From a virus (Duplodnaviria; Caudoviricetes), in IMG/VR virus record IMGVR_UViG_3300042879_003023, positions 1 through 52,837 of that record: a stretch of DNA of 52,837 nucleotides; one strand, written 5' to 3'. The position numbers and the translations under genes were made by a program. Of this stretch, positions 18,672-28,751 are shown piece after piece (the stretch's first letter is position 1; every line of letters begins with the position of its first letter). Under the pieces are notes generated by a model that was not told the DNA's origin, made no database searches, and was given only the letters and a program-made list of their open reading frames with translations.

Positions 18672-21622
18672 TGGCTAAGAAAAAATATTTTTACCCACCG
18701 GCACCTCCCGTAGGATCTGAAACACCATTTGGTAACATTGTTGGTTTACAAATAACCACGGGTGGAGGACTTACGCAAGGAAATTTTGAATTTACAACTT
18801 CAATATATGAAAAGGTAAATAGAAAGTTTGACCAAGGTATTTTTTCAAAAAAATATAATTTAGAAAATCTTGATATAAAAGATATTGAGCAAACAAAAAA
18901 AATTATACAAGAAAATTTTAAAGTATATCCAAACTTTGATATTTCACAAGTCACTAGTTTTACGGTTTATGGATCACTACAAAAAAGAATGTCGTCGTCT
19001 ATAACAAAAATAATAAATTATTTTCCAGCGGCTCTTGAAGTATATTCTAAAACATTATCACTAACCACAGGTTTAACTGCGACAAATATTATTTACGATT
19101 CTATTGAAGATTTAACAACTTTAGATGTTAATGCTGCGTTTGCAAGAAATCCATTTGAAATTGACTACACCGTAAATGCTTCAAGAAATTTACAAGTAAG
19201 ACCAATAAAAGTTTCAGGTTATAGAAATCTAACAGAACTTTATGAGGATTATTCATTATATATACAAAATTTAGATATTGAGTATCCGATACTTGATTTA
19301 GTTCCGACGGAAACGATGTCAGATGGTTTTATTAATATGACCGTTAAAGGTAATCCATTTTCAGGTGCATCCGCATCGACAAAAACATTAGTCATAAAAC
19401 CAAACAATTTAAAAACACAAGAAATATTTAATGGTAGTTTTGATGAAGTTGAAAAATTTTTATTGAACCTACAAACATCACCTAAATATACTGCAACTTT
19501 TAGTTATCCTGAATATGACTCAAATGGTGATTATATAACAATACAAAAGAATTTAACTTGGGCTTTAGATGGTTTGTGGAATTTAGATATTAGAACGACT
19601 GTTTTTGAAACATATCTTGACGACTTAAACAATGTTAGTGAAAATTTAGATGAATTTAAAACTAATCTAATATCAAGATTTTTGGTTACAGGTGCATTCA
19701 AAGAGTTCGACACACCTGACCAAAGAATGGAAAAGGTATTACAAATTTATGGAAGAAGTTTTGATGAAACAAAAAAGTTTATCGACGCTTTAGCTTATAT
19801 GAATTCAGTAAATTATATACCACAAAACGATATTCCATCACAACTACTTGTAAATTTAGCACAAACATTAGGGGTAAATACAAATATATCACCAATTAAT
19901 AATGAGGATCTTTTAAATTCTTTATTTCAAACATCGAACCAAAGAATTTATGAGGGACAAAGTCAAGAATCAACACCTGCTGAATTAAATTATCAATATT
20001 TTAGAAATGTGATATTAAATTCGGCATATATGTTCAAAACAAAAGGGACTAGACAATCCTTAGAATATATTATGCGTTTTATTGGTGCTCCTGAAGCATT
20101 AACAGAATTTAATGAAGTTATATACTTAGCGGATACTAAAGTGAATGTTGATGACTTTAATGAAAGGTTAGCTCAAATTTCTGGGGGTACCGTATATGTT
20201 GAAAAACCAACTTTAGACCCACAAAATACTTTTTCAATTTTAGGGGTTCAGTATACTGGATATACAACTGATGGTTCAGTTGAAACAAATTTATTTACTA
20301 AAAGTGATTATGGTATTTCTGATGATGGGTATCCAAAGACCCCTAAATCAAATGAAGATTTCTTTTTCCAAAAAGGATCTGGGTGGTTTGAAACATCACC
20401 GAAACAAAGATCACCACAAGAAGTCGATTTTGAAAACTCACAATTGGACCAAAATAACCCGTCTGTTGTCACAAAATTAAAACCATATAATTTTGGTCAA
20501 GATTATTTAGATAGATATAGAAAATTCCCATTTATGGAAGAAGGTTACACTATTACTAGGGTTGCCGACAACCAAAAATCTTGGCCTGTAACATCAACAG
20601 GAGTTAGAAAAACCAATTCAAATTTTAATGGAGTAAATTATACTGTTAGTGATGATAGGTTAGTAATAAATTCAAAAAATATTGAATTAAATGTCAATGT
20701 AGGTCAGGGATTAATATATGATGTTTGGGATATGTCTGTCAAATACAATTACCCAATACCAAATTCAGGACTTACATCACCATATCCATATCCTGGAAAT
20801 ATAGATTGGACATTTGTTAATCCAAAACCAAAAGAAAAAACATTTTTTGAATTTGCTCAATCCTTCTATAACAATCTAATCAATGTTAGAAATAGACAAA
20901 CAATAACAGATGGTAAAACAGGTGGTTATCCGGCATTACAATCAATTTATTGGAAATATTTAGAATCGGAAGAAACTGTTGGTATACCATCCAACAAGTT
21001 TACATATCAAAAAATGATCGACTATACGTTAGGGTTGGGTGATCATTGGCAAAGATTATTAGAACAAGTTGTACCAGCAACTACGTTATGGTTGACAGGT
21101 TCAAAAATGGATAACTCAATATTTCATAGACAAAAATTTGTTTGGAGAAGACAAAGAGGTTGTGTATTTATTCCTGTCGATTGTACACCTTGTGTGTTTA
21201 ACGGTCAAGTGTTTACGTATGATTGTATCGACCAAACATTAAGTTGTACTTTTGGTAAAGAGGTGTCATACTCAAAAACGTTAGTTAGTGCATTAAAACA
21301 ACTTTTATCTAATAATGGGTATACACAATACGAATGTGATTTAAATAGTATTGTTAGTACTTGGTATGTGGACTGTAGATTGGATAGTCAGATACTTGTC
21401 CAAGAACCATTCTACACAGGATATAGTTACAATGATTTCCCATCAAGTACACAAGTTAATACTGCAATAAACGAAAAGTTGGAAAAATTATATCAACACG
21501 GTTTAAATTATTATTTTGCCGGAAATAAATTAATCATTAGTAATTCGACTTGTTATGACGACTTTACAAATAAAACATTATATCTAAATATAGGTATAGA
21601 CATACAAATTAACTGTGGATAA
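18671..21622 (+). CDS. Baseplate wedge protein (gp7 / P2 gpI-like motif)
   Basis: IPSQLLVNLAQTLG...FKTKGTRQSLEYIMRFIG motif; Cys-rich C-terminus. Confidence 0.6.
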   Translation: MAKKKYFYPPAPPVGSETPFGNIVGLQITTGGGLTQGNFEFTTSIYEKVNRKFDQGIFSKKYNLENLDIKDIEQTKKIIQENFKVYPNFDISQVTSFTVYGSLQKRMSSSITKIINYFPAALEVYSKTLSLTTGLTATNIIYDSIEDLTTLDVNAAFARNPFEIDYTVNASRNLQVRPIKVSGYRNLTELYEDYSLYIQNLDIEYPILDLVPTETMSDGFINMTVKGNPFSGASASTKTLVIKPNNLKTQEIFNGSFDEVEKFLLNLQTSPKYTATFSYPEYDSNGDYITIQKNLTWALDGLWNLDIRTTVFETYLDDLNNVSENLDEFKTNLISRFLVTGAFKEFDTPDQRMEKVLQIYGRSFDETKKFIDALAYMNSVNYIPQNDIPSQLLVNLAQTLGVNTNISPINNEDLLNSLFQTSNQRIYEGQSQESTPAELNYQYFRNVILNSAYMFKTKGTRQSLEYIMRFIGAPEALTEFNEVIYLADTKVNVDDFNERLAQISGGTVYVEKPTLDPQNTFSILGVQYTGYTTDGSVETNLFTKSDYGISDDGYPKTPKSNEDFFFQKGSGWFETSPKQRSPQEVDFENSQLDQNNPSVVTKLKPYNFGQDYLDRYRKFPFMEEGYTITRVADNQKSWPVTSTGVRKTNSNFNGVNYTVSDDRLVINSKNIELNVNVGQGLIYDVWDMSVKYNYPIPNSGLTSPYPYPGNIDWTFVNPKPKEKTFFEFAQSFYNNLINVRNRQTITDGKTGGYPALQSIYWKYLESEETVGIPSNKFTYQKMIDYTLGLGDHWQRLLEQVVPATTLWLTGSKMDNSIFHRQKFVWRRQRGCVFIPVDCTPCVFNGQVFTYDCIDQTLSCTFGKEVSYSKTLVSALKQLLSNNGYTQYECDLNSIVSTWYVDCRLDSQILVQEPFYTGYSYNDFPSSTQVNTAINEKLEKLYQHGLNYYFAGNKLIISNSTCYDDFTNKTLYLNIGIDIQINCG

Positions 21623-23940
21623 TGGCGTGTATTAGTGGATTTACATTAGGTGGGTATTACAATTATATTGATTGTTGCGGATTAGTTCAAACAGGGTTAT
21701 CATCTGGTTTAGAAGATGTATGTGTTGATCAGGCTTATTCAGGAACTGCAATTGGTGTTTTATTAGATTCGGGTTCTACTTGTACCATAAGCTGTGATCA
21801 AGGACCATTAAGTTATAATTTTGAAGTTACAGGTATTTGCTCAGCTGCAACAGGATCCGTTATTATAAATGGATTTGGTGGTACTTTACCATACACATTA
21901 GACCCTGTAACACCACTTGGTAGTGGACTATCGACACAAACAGGTAACGGACCATTTACTTATACAGGACTAACAGGTGGTACTTATGTTTTTAGATTAA
22001 ACGATAGTTTAGGGTTACAAAATAATGAAATTTATTTTAATGTTAACATATCGAGTTGTTTTACCGCAACTGCTTATGATGTAACAGGAACAACCTGTGG
22101 AGATGAAAACGGTAGTGTTACAATAACTGCAACATCAACATCAAGTCCATATAATATTATATTATATCAAGACGGAGTATTTAACCAACTTCAAACTACA
22201 AATACATTACCTTATACTTTTACTAATTTACCAAGTGGAATATACTACGCCGAAATATATGACTACGGATACTCAACAGCAAAAACAGAAAATGTTGTAA
22301 TAAGTGCAAGTACAGGACCTGATTTTGGATTTTGGAAGGTTAGCACATCAAGTTGTGTGATTCCTGGTGGAAAATTAGCAGTCACCGGAGTAACAGGTAA
22401 CGCCCCTTTTACTTATCTATGGAGTAATGGTGCAACAACTCAGTTAATCACAGGACTTACAGAAGGAACATATTCTTGTACAGTAACAGATAGTTTAGGG
22501 TGTTCAACAACAAAAAGTGAAACTGTTAATGCTGCGGACCCATTAGGTGTTATTATGGAATCATCTGTAACACCATCTTGTTTTGCTTCTGATGGTTCTT
22601 TTACTTATACGATATCGGGAGGGACTAGACCACTTTATTTTTCTGCGTCAACAGGACAAGTTGGTTATACATTTGGTGATTCATTCACATTAACTGATTT
22701 AAGTAGTGGTTCATATAATGTTTATGTTAGGGACGCTAATTTTTGTCCATTAGAATTAAGTGCGTTTTTATCACCACAAAATGGTTTTAATGTTGTTGGA
22801 ACTGTAGTAACCAATTCTGAATGTAGTACTAACGATGGTAGTGTTTATGTTGAAATACAAGGGTTAGGTGGGTTTTATACTTATGCTTTATCTGGTCAAA
22901 ATACAAATACGGTTTATAGTAACATTAGTGAAAATCAATTTTATACTTTTAACAATTTAAGTAATGATACTTACTTACTTATAATTTCTGGATCAGGAAC
23001 TAATTGTTATTATTTTGAAAATGTTACAGTAAACTCACAACAAAAGTTTTCAGTAAGTGCATCAACAACGGGATCTACTTGTGGTGTTGATGATGGTAGT
23101 GTTACAATTAATGTTGGTAGTGGATACACAGGTGTTTTAGATTATGTCTTAAGTGATGGTCAATCAATTATTGATTATTCTTTTAGTTCATACACATTTA
23201 ATAACCTTTTACCTGGCGATTATACAATTTCTGTAACTGATCAAGAGGGTTGTACGGTATCTGAAGATTTTGTTATTACAACAACACCACAACTGGTTTG
23301 TTCTGTTAATACGACAGAATGCACTAATGGAAGTAATGGTGAAGCCGAAGTTATAATATTTCAAGGTGAACCAACATTCACATATGAATGGTCAAGTAAT
23401 GTACCTGGTGTACAAACAGGATCGACCGTTAGTGGATTAACTGCTGGAACATATAGTGTTTTAGTTGAAGATATTAATGGGTGTCAGAGTGTTCATAGAT
23501 TTGATATTAAATGTAATGGCGTTCTACTTACTAGCTATGAAATTGTTAGTTTATGTAGAAATAAATTTGAAACCACTACGGGAAATAAAAGAGGATTTTC
23601 TGAGATGTTAAATGAAGGTTTTGTTGATTTAACTTCGGGATATACTGATTGCTATTTTAGCTCGGCAACATTTAGTTGTGATATCACAATTAATGGATCG
23701 GCATTTACTCAAACATTCTATACCGCAACAACGTTAAATGACGTGCCACAAGACACATTATGGCAATCCACAATAGAAAATATATTATCATCAATTAGTG
23801 AAGTTGGAAGTTATTCTGTTGATGTGATAACAAACACAATACAAATAAATTCAAATTGTAATGGTGATTACGATCCGTTAGGTGGGTTACCGGTTTCAAT
23901 TGGTTTAAGTATTGTGTATGATATATATTGTTTAACTTAA
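21622..23940 (+). CDS. SprB-repeat fibre/decoration protein
   Basis: About six to seven repeats of the type C....G...I...GG..PY.Y.WS......GL..GTY.V.V.D..GC. Confidence 0.8.
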   Translation: MACISGFTLGGYYNYIDCCGLVQTGLSSGLEDVCVDQAYSGTAIGVLLDSGSTCTISCDQGPLSYNFEVTGICSAATGSVIINGFGGTLPYTLDPVTPLGSGLSTQTGNGPFTYTGLTGGTYVFRLNDSLGLQNNEIYFNVNISSCFTATAYDVTGTTCGDENGSVTITATSTSSPYNIILYQDGVFNQLQTTNTLPYTFTNLPSGIYYAEIYDYGYSTAKTENVVISASTGPDFGFWKVSTSSCVIPGGKLAVTGVTGNAPFTYLWSNGATTQLITGLTEGTYSCTVTDSLGCSTTKSETVNAADPLGVIMESSVTPSCFASDGSFTYTISGGTRPLYFSASTGQVGYTFGDSFTLTDLSSGSYNVYVRDANFCPLELSAFLSPQNGFNVVGTVVTNSECSTNDGSVYVEIQGLGGFYTYALSGQNTNTVYSNISENQFYTFNNLSNDTYLLIISGSGTNCYYFENVTVNSQQKFSVSASTTGSTCGVDDGSVTINVGSGYTGVLDYVLSDGQSIIDYSFSSYTFNNLLPGDYTISVTDQEGCTVSEDFVITTTPQLVCSVNTTECTNGSNGEAEVIIFQGEPTFTYEWSSNVPGVQTGSTVSGLTAGTYSVLVEDINGCQSVHRFDIKCNGVLLTSYEIVSLCRNKFETTTGNKRGFSEMLNEGFVDLTSGYTDCYFSSATFSCDITINGSAFTQTFYTATTLNDVPQDTLWQSTIENILSSISEVGSYSVDVITNTIQINSNCNGDYDPLGGLPVSIGLSIVYDIYCLT

Positions 23941-23944
23941 TTTT

Positions 23945-24241
23945 ATGTCAACACAAGTAATAACAATATCGGGGGTTACTGGTGGTTCACCACCTTTATC
24001 TTTTTTTATTTGTGATGAAAATGGAAACAATTGTTCTTACATTGGGACAACAGGTGGGACATATACCGCATCTACATTTTATAGCACAGCAAATACATTA
24101 ATGGTTAAGGTTGTCGACTCAAACGGATGTGAGTATTTCACAATTATTTCTTGTCCATTTGATACTTGTATAATATTAACAGAAGATGGATTTGGATTAG
24201 AAACAGAAGATGGATTCACTCTTGTATTTTGTGATACTTAA
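23945..24241 (+). CDS. Small Cys-rich single-module protein (paralogue 1)
   Basis: ITISGVTGGSPP...CD...C...VKVVDSNGC, with a duplicated TEDG tail. Confidence 0.7.
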   Translation: MSTQVITISGVTGGSPPLSFFICDENGNNCSYIGTTGGTYTASTFYSTANTLMVKVVDSNGCEYFTIISCPFDTCIILTEDGFGLETEDGFTLVFCDT

Positions 24242-24253
24242 CTATTTATTACT

Positions 24254-24691
24254 ATGATAATAGAAATTACAGGTGTCACTAGCGGACAATCACCTTATGA
24301 TATATTTTTATGTAATAGTGGAGGAACTTCCTGTTTTTTTATTTCAGGTAATACACAAATACCACCAAATATATACATAGATTCTGAAGATTATTTTCCT
24401 GGTGAAGAAAAATTACTACTTAGATTAATAGACACTAATGGGTGTATTCACGATGAAATACAAGATTGCTTACCAACACCTTGCTCCTGTTCTGAATATA
24501 TGGTTGTTTGGAATTCACCATCAATTGTTACATTTTCATACGATCCCTGTTGTCCGGGAGGACCAACGGTGACCGATACTGTGTTTTGGCCAAGCGGTTA
24601 TGTTTTTTCTGCATCCTCAGTACCAAATATTATTGTTGGATCACCAAAAGTTGTTGAAATTATAAAGAAAAATGATTTATGTCCTTGTTAA
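24254..24691 (+). CDS. Small Cys-rich single-module protein (paralogue 2)
   Basis: IEITGVTSGQSPYDIFLC...C...LRLIDTNGC plus a Cys-rich extension. Confidence 0.7.
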   Translation: MIIEITGVTSGQSPYDIFLCNSGGTSCFFISGNTQIPPNIYIDSEDYFPGEEKLLLRLIDTNGCIHDEIQDCLPTPCSCSEYMVVWNSPSIVTFSYDPCCPGGPTVTDTVFWPSGYVFSASSVPNIIVGSPKVVEIIKKNDLCPC

Positions 24692-25278
24692 ATTAATCTT
24701 TTAATTTTACCGTTAAGTATTAAATTTTCTATATAATTACTTTCCCATTCATCATCGTGTTCCTTTGGCTTTTTAAACGATCTATCAACCCAGTAATGAT
24801 GTTTACCACTTTTATCCTTTGAAAAATTATCAAAACCTATAATTGTTAGTTCATCATAAACATTATCCAATAACCATTTTATCATTAAAACACCACTCGA
24901 TGGTAATAAAACAGAAGGGTGTTCTTTTTTTGTTTCTTTTTGTATAATACTCCTTAATTCGTTATAATAAGATAAAGGTATTCTCCATAATTTTTCAGGT
25001 GCATAAGCAGGTTGACCCATTTCACCGTGAGTGTATATGACTTTATTTGGTCTTAAATCTTCATCTATGGGTAACATACCTCTACCAAAAGTTGACCATA
25101 TTGTTGTTTTGTAACCTGTATATTCTTCAAAACCTTTAATTGCACATTGGTTGAACCTCAATACCTCATCAAAAGAATCTATAATGTAACCAAGTTTTTC
25201 ATACATAACTGACGGACCATTACCAACCAAAATACAAGATTTGGTAATATCCAATTCTAATGGGTTTGATTTAACCAT
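24688..25278 (-). CDS. Glycosyltransferase family 29 (sialyltransferase-like)
   Basis: Sialylmotif L CILVGNG...LG..IDSFDEVLRFN...GFEEYTGYKTT; motif S PSSG...DELTIIGFD; motif III HHYW; VS motif HDDEWE. Confidence 0.85.
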   Translation of the reverse strand: MVKSNPLELDITKSCILVGNGPSVMYEKLGYIIDSFDEVLRFNQCAIKGFEEYTGYKTTIWSTFGRGMLPIDEDLRPNKVIYTHGEMGQPAYAPEKLWRIPLSYYNELRSIIQKETKKEHPSVLLPSSGVLMIKWLLDNVYDELTIIGFDNFSKDKSGKHHYWVDRSFKKPKEHDDEWESNYIENLILNGKIKRLI

Positions 25279-25359
25279 AATTCAATTTTGTAAAAATAAT
25301 AATTAAAATATTTAATAAAATGAACTTTTAATTATTTATATAGTAAAGCAAATTCTTGA

Positions 25360-26961
25360 ATGGCAGATATTATTTTAAGTAGTTGTTGTTATACGCAACT
25401 TGTATATAGTGCAACTAGTTGGTCATACACGACAACACCATTATCGGCGTTTAACATTACTGGGGATACAAATATTCCTGACGGGTGTTATACTATTGTA
25501 ACTGGCGTTACGGCATTTGGACCATTTTCGTTTGATGGTACGGCAACTGTTATTACAGATTGTAGTGATCCTTCTTGTAGTGGATATTGTGGTCCTGAAG
25601 AATTTTGTATTTCGGTAAGTTTAAGTGCGTATACAGGTTATAATGGGACTTATTTAGTTAGTGGATCAACAAATGGGTATCCATATTGGCAAGGAGGAAC
25701 GACACCGGGTTATTTATATTTTAACAACACTAATTGGTGTTTAAGTACATCTATTAGTGGTAACTGTGATTTTTTTGGACCAAACCCAACAACATCACTT
25801 TTACCTGATTTAGACCCTACAGTATTAACAAGTGGTGTGTGCGTCACACCAACACCTGTTGTTGATCCTTGTTCGACATTGGATTTTGATGTTTTACTTG
25901 AGTGTTTGATACCTACACCTACGCCAACCCCTACGCCAACCCCTACGCCAACCCCTACACCTACTCCGACACCGACACCTGATCCTTGTTCAGGTTTTAC
26001 TGCGGATATTGTGGCTTTTGATATACCTACACCTACGCCAACCCCTACACCTACGCCAACCCCTACACCGACACCTACGGTGGTAATACCATCTGCAGAT
26101 ACGGTTACGTTTGTATTTGATAGTGGTTTGTTTGTTTGTACGACAGTTAAAGAACTTCTTGATTGTCAAGATGGAACATTATATTATGTTTCCGATGAAT
26201 TATCATTTAGTGGAACGCCAATTAGTGCTGGCACTACATTCCTTGTTATTTTCTATGGAAGTGCATCAAATCAGATACAATGTGTTACATACACACAAAA
26301 TGTTGGATCAACATCACCAAATAGAAGTGTGGTTGAAATATTAGATGTTTATACAGGTTGTACAGAATGTCCATTACCGACACCTACACCTACTCCGACG
26401 CCAACTCCGACGCCTACACCTACTCCGACGCCAACTCCGATTGTTTATCCGTCAGGAACTAGTTTTGTCTTTACATCTTGCACTGACAATTCAATGATCG
26501 TACAAACGACCTACCCACCAACAAATATTGTTGAAAATGATATATTAAAATCAATATCTGGTGGATGTTATACTTATGTTGGAAACTATGTTAATTATAT
26601 TCCACCTTCAGGATTTATAATTGCAAATGCGGATCTATTTACTGCAACAACCGCAACAACATATAGTAGTTGTATAAATTGTTTAAAAACTGAAGTTGTG
26701 AAATTACCATATGTTAAATGGGATGCTAAAGGTGAATACTCAGTTAGTTGTCCTGTTTGCGAATTAACTGATTTTGGTGGAAATATAACATTCTATACAT
26801 CATCTGCCGATACTTCAATACAAAGTGGAGTTTATATTTATGAGAATACAGGACTTACAACTCCAGTGTCTGTAACATATGTGAAATATAATAATAAAAT
26901 TTATGATGTTTCAGATGATGGTGAAATAAATGAATTTTGTACAGTAAACGATAATTGTTAA
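25360..26961 (+). CDS. Cys-rich virion protein with three Pro-Thr (mucin-like) linkers
   Basis: Three (PT)n tracts separate Cys-rich beta modules; TATTTAT at 25333. Confidence 0.75.
   Translation: MADIILSSCCYTQLVYSATSWSYTTTPLSAFNITGDTNIPDGCYTIVTGVTAFGPFSFDGTATVITDCSDPSCSGYCGPEEFCISVSLSAYTGYNGTYLVSGSTNGYPYWQGGTTPGYLYFNNTNWCLSTSISGNCDFFGPNPTTSLLPDLDPTVLTSGVCVTPTPVVDPCSTLDFDVLLECLIPTPTPTPTPTPTPTPTPTPTPTPDPCSGFTADIVAFDIPTPTPTPTPTPTPTPTPTVVIPSADTVTFVFDSGLFVCTTVKELLDCQDGTLYYVSDELSFSGTPISAGTTFLVIFYGSASNQIQCVTYTQNVGSTSPNRSVVEILDVYTGCTECPLPTPTPTPTPTPTPTPTPTPTPIVYPSGTSFVFTSCTDNSMIVQTTYPPTNIVENDILKSISGGCYTYVGNYVNYIPPSGFIIANADLFTATTATTYSSCINCLKTEVVKLPYVKWDAKGEYSVSCPVCELTDFGGNITFYTSSADTSIQSGVYIYENTGLTTPVSVTYVKYNNKIYDVSDDGEINEFCTVNDNC
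25912..25980 (+). repeat. Coding hexamer tandem repeat (PT)n, tract 1
   Basis: CCNACN units, including repeated CCTACGCCAACC. Confidence 0.9.
26026..26079 (+). repeat. Coding hexamer tandem repeat (PT)n, tract 2
   Basis: CCTACACCTACGCCAACC units. Confidence 0.9.
26377..26439 (+). repeat. Coding hexamer tandem repeat (PT)n, tract 3
   Basis: CCTACACCTACTCCGACGCCAACTCCG occurs twice. Confidence 0.9.
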
Positions 26962-26962
26962 T

Positions 26963-27244
26963 ATGCCAACTTTAATTACCATAAATTCTGTAACATCAGG
27001 AACATCACCATACGATATTTGGGTGTGTGATACCTGTTTTGGTACTTGTCAATACGTTGCAACTACAACTACATTACCATATAGTTTTACATTGCCAACT
27101 GCATTTGAAACTTATATATCATACATTGTAAAAATTGTTGATGATAATGGTTGTGTAAACTGTCAAGATATGTCAACATATAAACAATTCCAGATAGGAA
27201 CATTGTTTGATTTTATGGACGGAGAACAATACAAATTCCAATAA
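26963..27244 (+). CDS. Small Cys-rich single-module protein (paralogue 3)
   Basis: ITINSVTSGTSPYDIWVCD..C...C...VKIVDDNGC. Confidence 0.7.
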   Translation: MPTLITINSVTSGTSPYDIWVCDTCFGTCQYVATTTTLPYSFTLPTAFETYISYIVKIVDDNGCVNCQDMSTYKQFQIGTLFDFMDGEQYKFQ

Positions 27245-27269
27245 ACCTGATATATATAAATAAAAGGAA

Positions 27270-28745
27270 ATGGCATTATTAACTAGTAGAGATATGGCTC
27301 AGTCGTCAGCAATTACACCGACGACACTTATCCATATTGTGACAACCGCAGATACGACCCAAAGCGTTTATGGTTCATCATATAAAGCTGAACTTCAACA
27401 GTTAAAAGATATTTTTGGATCAAATCCTGACGTTACAGTGACAGGTGGAACTTATAACCCATCAACGGGTGAAGTTACGTTTTATAACAACACAGGAGGA
27501 ACATTTAATGTTTCGGGGTTTGTCACTGGGTTTACTGATAGTTACGTATCAGGAGGTACCTATTCGTCGGGTACTGCGACATTTACTAACACAACGGGAG
27601 GAACTTTTACCGTAACAGGATTTAATGAAAGTAACATTTATAATTCAGATGGTGCGTTAACAGGTATTAGATTTGTAGATATGAATACATTCCCACTAGG
27701 GTTTAGTGGTGGGTCATCTGATTTATTATTTGGGTTTATTGGTACTGCGGATAAGCACATACAGTGGTCCGAAACAGGATCATTAAATTGGGATATGATT
27801 GTAAATACCGGAACTAATGATTTTGTCTTAGAAAGATACTCAACAGGTGGTGCCTATCAAGATACACCATTATTTATTGAATTTTTAACCGGTAATATTG
27901 GAATTAAACAACAATCACCATCAGAGGCATTAGACGTTAGTGGTAAAACAAAAACTATTAATTTCCAAATGACATCAGGCGCAACTACAGGTTATGTTTT
28001 AAAATCTTTAGATGGTAATGGAAATGTATATTGGGCAAATGCTTGTGATTGTCCTTATACTGGTGGTACCGTAACAGGTGCAACAACTTTTAGTGGTGGT
28101 TTAAGTGCGACATCAGTCACTGGAACAACTATTTGGGCTGAAAAAATTAGAGGTAAATTCGGTCCAATACAAATCAATGATACCGATGGTGGAAATATAT
28201 ATTTTGGATCAACAAGTGGTATTACCCTTGATGTTATAAATAGAAGAATCGGTATTGGAACAACAACACCAACAACTGATTTAGATGTTACTGGAAAAAC
28301 AAGAACCGCGACTTTACAAGTTACGTCAGGTGCTACAAATGGCTATGTATTAACATCTGATGGTTCAGGTAACGCAACTTGGCAAGCGTCAAGTGGTGGT
28401 GTAACAATAGATCCTTATAATAATGTTGGAAATACGGGCACTTCATTTAATTGGGATGTATCTGGTTTAAGTACAAATTATGAAGTAACACTTACAGCAA
28501 ATACAACACTTAATTTAACAAATGTTAGAAATGGTGAATATGGGACTATAGTAATTACCCAAGATGGTACCGGTGGTAGAACATTAACTTTTGGTACCGT
28601 TAATGGTGGTGCTACAACACATAGAGTTGCAAATGGCGGCGGGGGAACACCAACTCTAACATCAAATGCAAGTGCTATAGATATATTAACATTCACATAT
28701 AATGGTTCGGTAATGTATTGGACTGTAGGAAATGACTATACATAA
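27270..28745 (+). CDS. Tail fibre protein
   Basis: Repeated GNIGI...P...LDVSG / IGIGTTTPTTDLDVTG and SGAT.GYVL.SD..GN..W modules; C-terminal IVITQDGTGGRTLTF...AIDILTFTY domain. Confidence 0.75.
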   Translation: MALLTSRDMAQSSAITPTTLIHIVTTADTTQSVYGSSYKAELQQLKDIFGSNPDVTVTGGTYNPSTGEVTFYNNTGGTFNVSGFVTGFTDSYVSGGTYSSGTATFTNTTGGTFTVTGFNESNIYNSDGALTGIRFVDMNTFPLGFSGGSSDLLFGFIGTADKHIQWSETGSLNWDMIVNTGTNDFVLERYSTGGAYQDTPLFIEFLTGNIGIKQQSPSEALDVSGKTKTINFQMTSGATTGYVLKSLDGNGNVYWANACDCPYTGGTVTGATTFSGGLSATSVTGTTIWAEKIRGKFGPIQINDTDGGNIYFGSTSGITLDVINRRIGIGTTTPTTDLDVTGKTRTATLQVTSGATNGYVLTSDGSGNATWQASSGGVTIDPYNNVGNTGTSFNWDVSGLSTNYEVTLTANTTLNLTNVRNGEYGTIVITQDGTGGRTLTFGTVNGGATTHRVANGGGGTPTLTSNASAIDILTFTYNGSVMYWTVGNDYT

Positions 28746-28751
28746 TAATTT

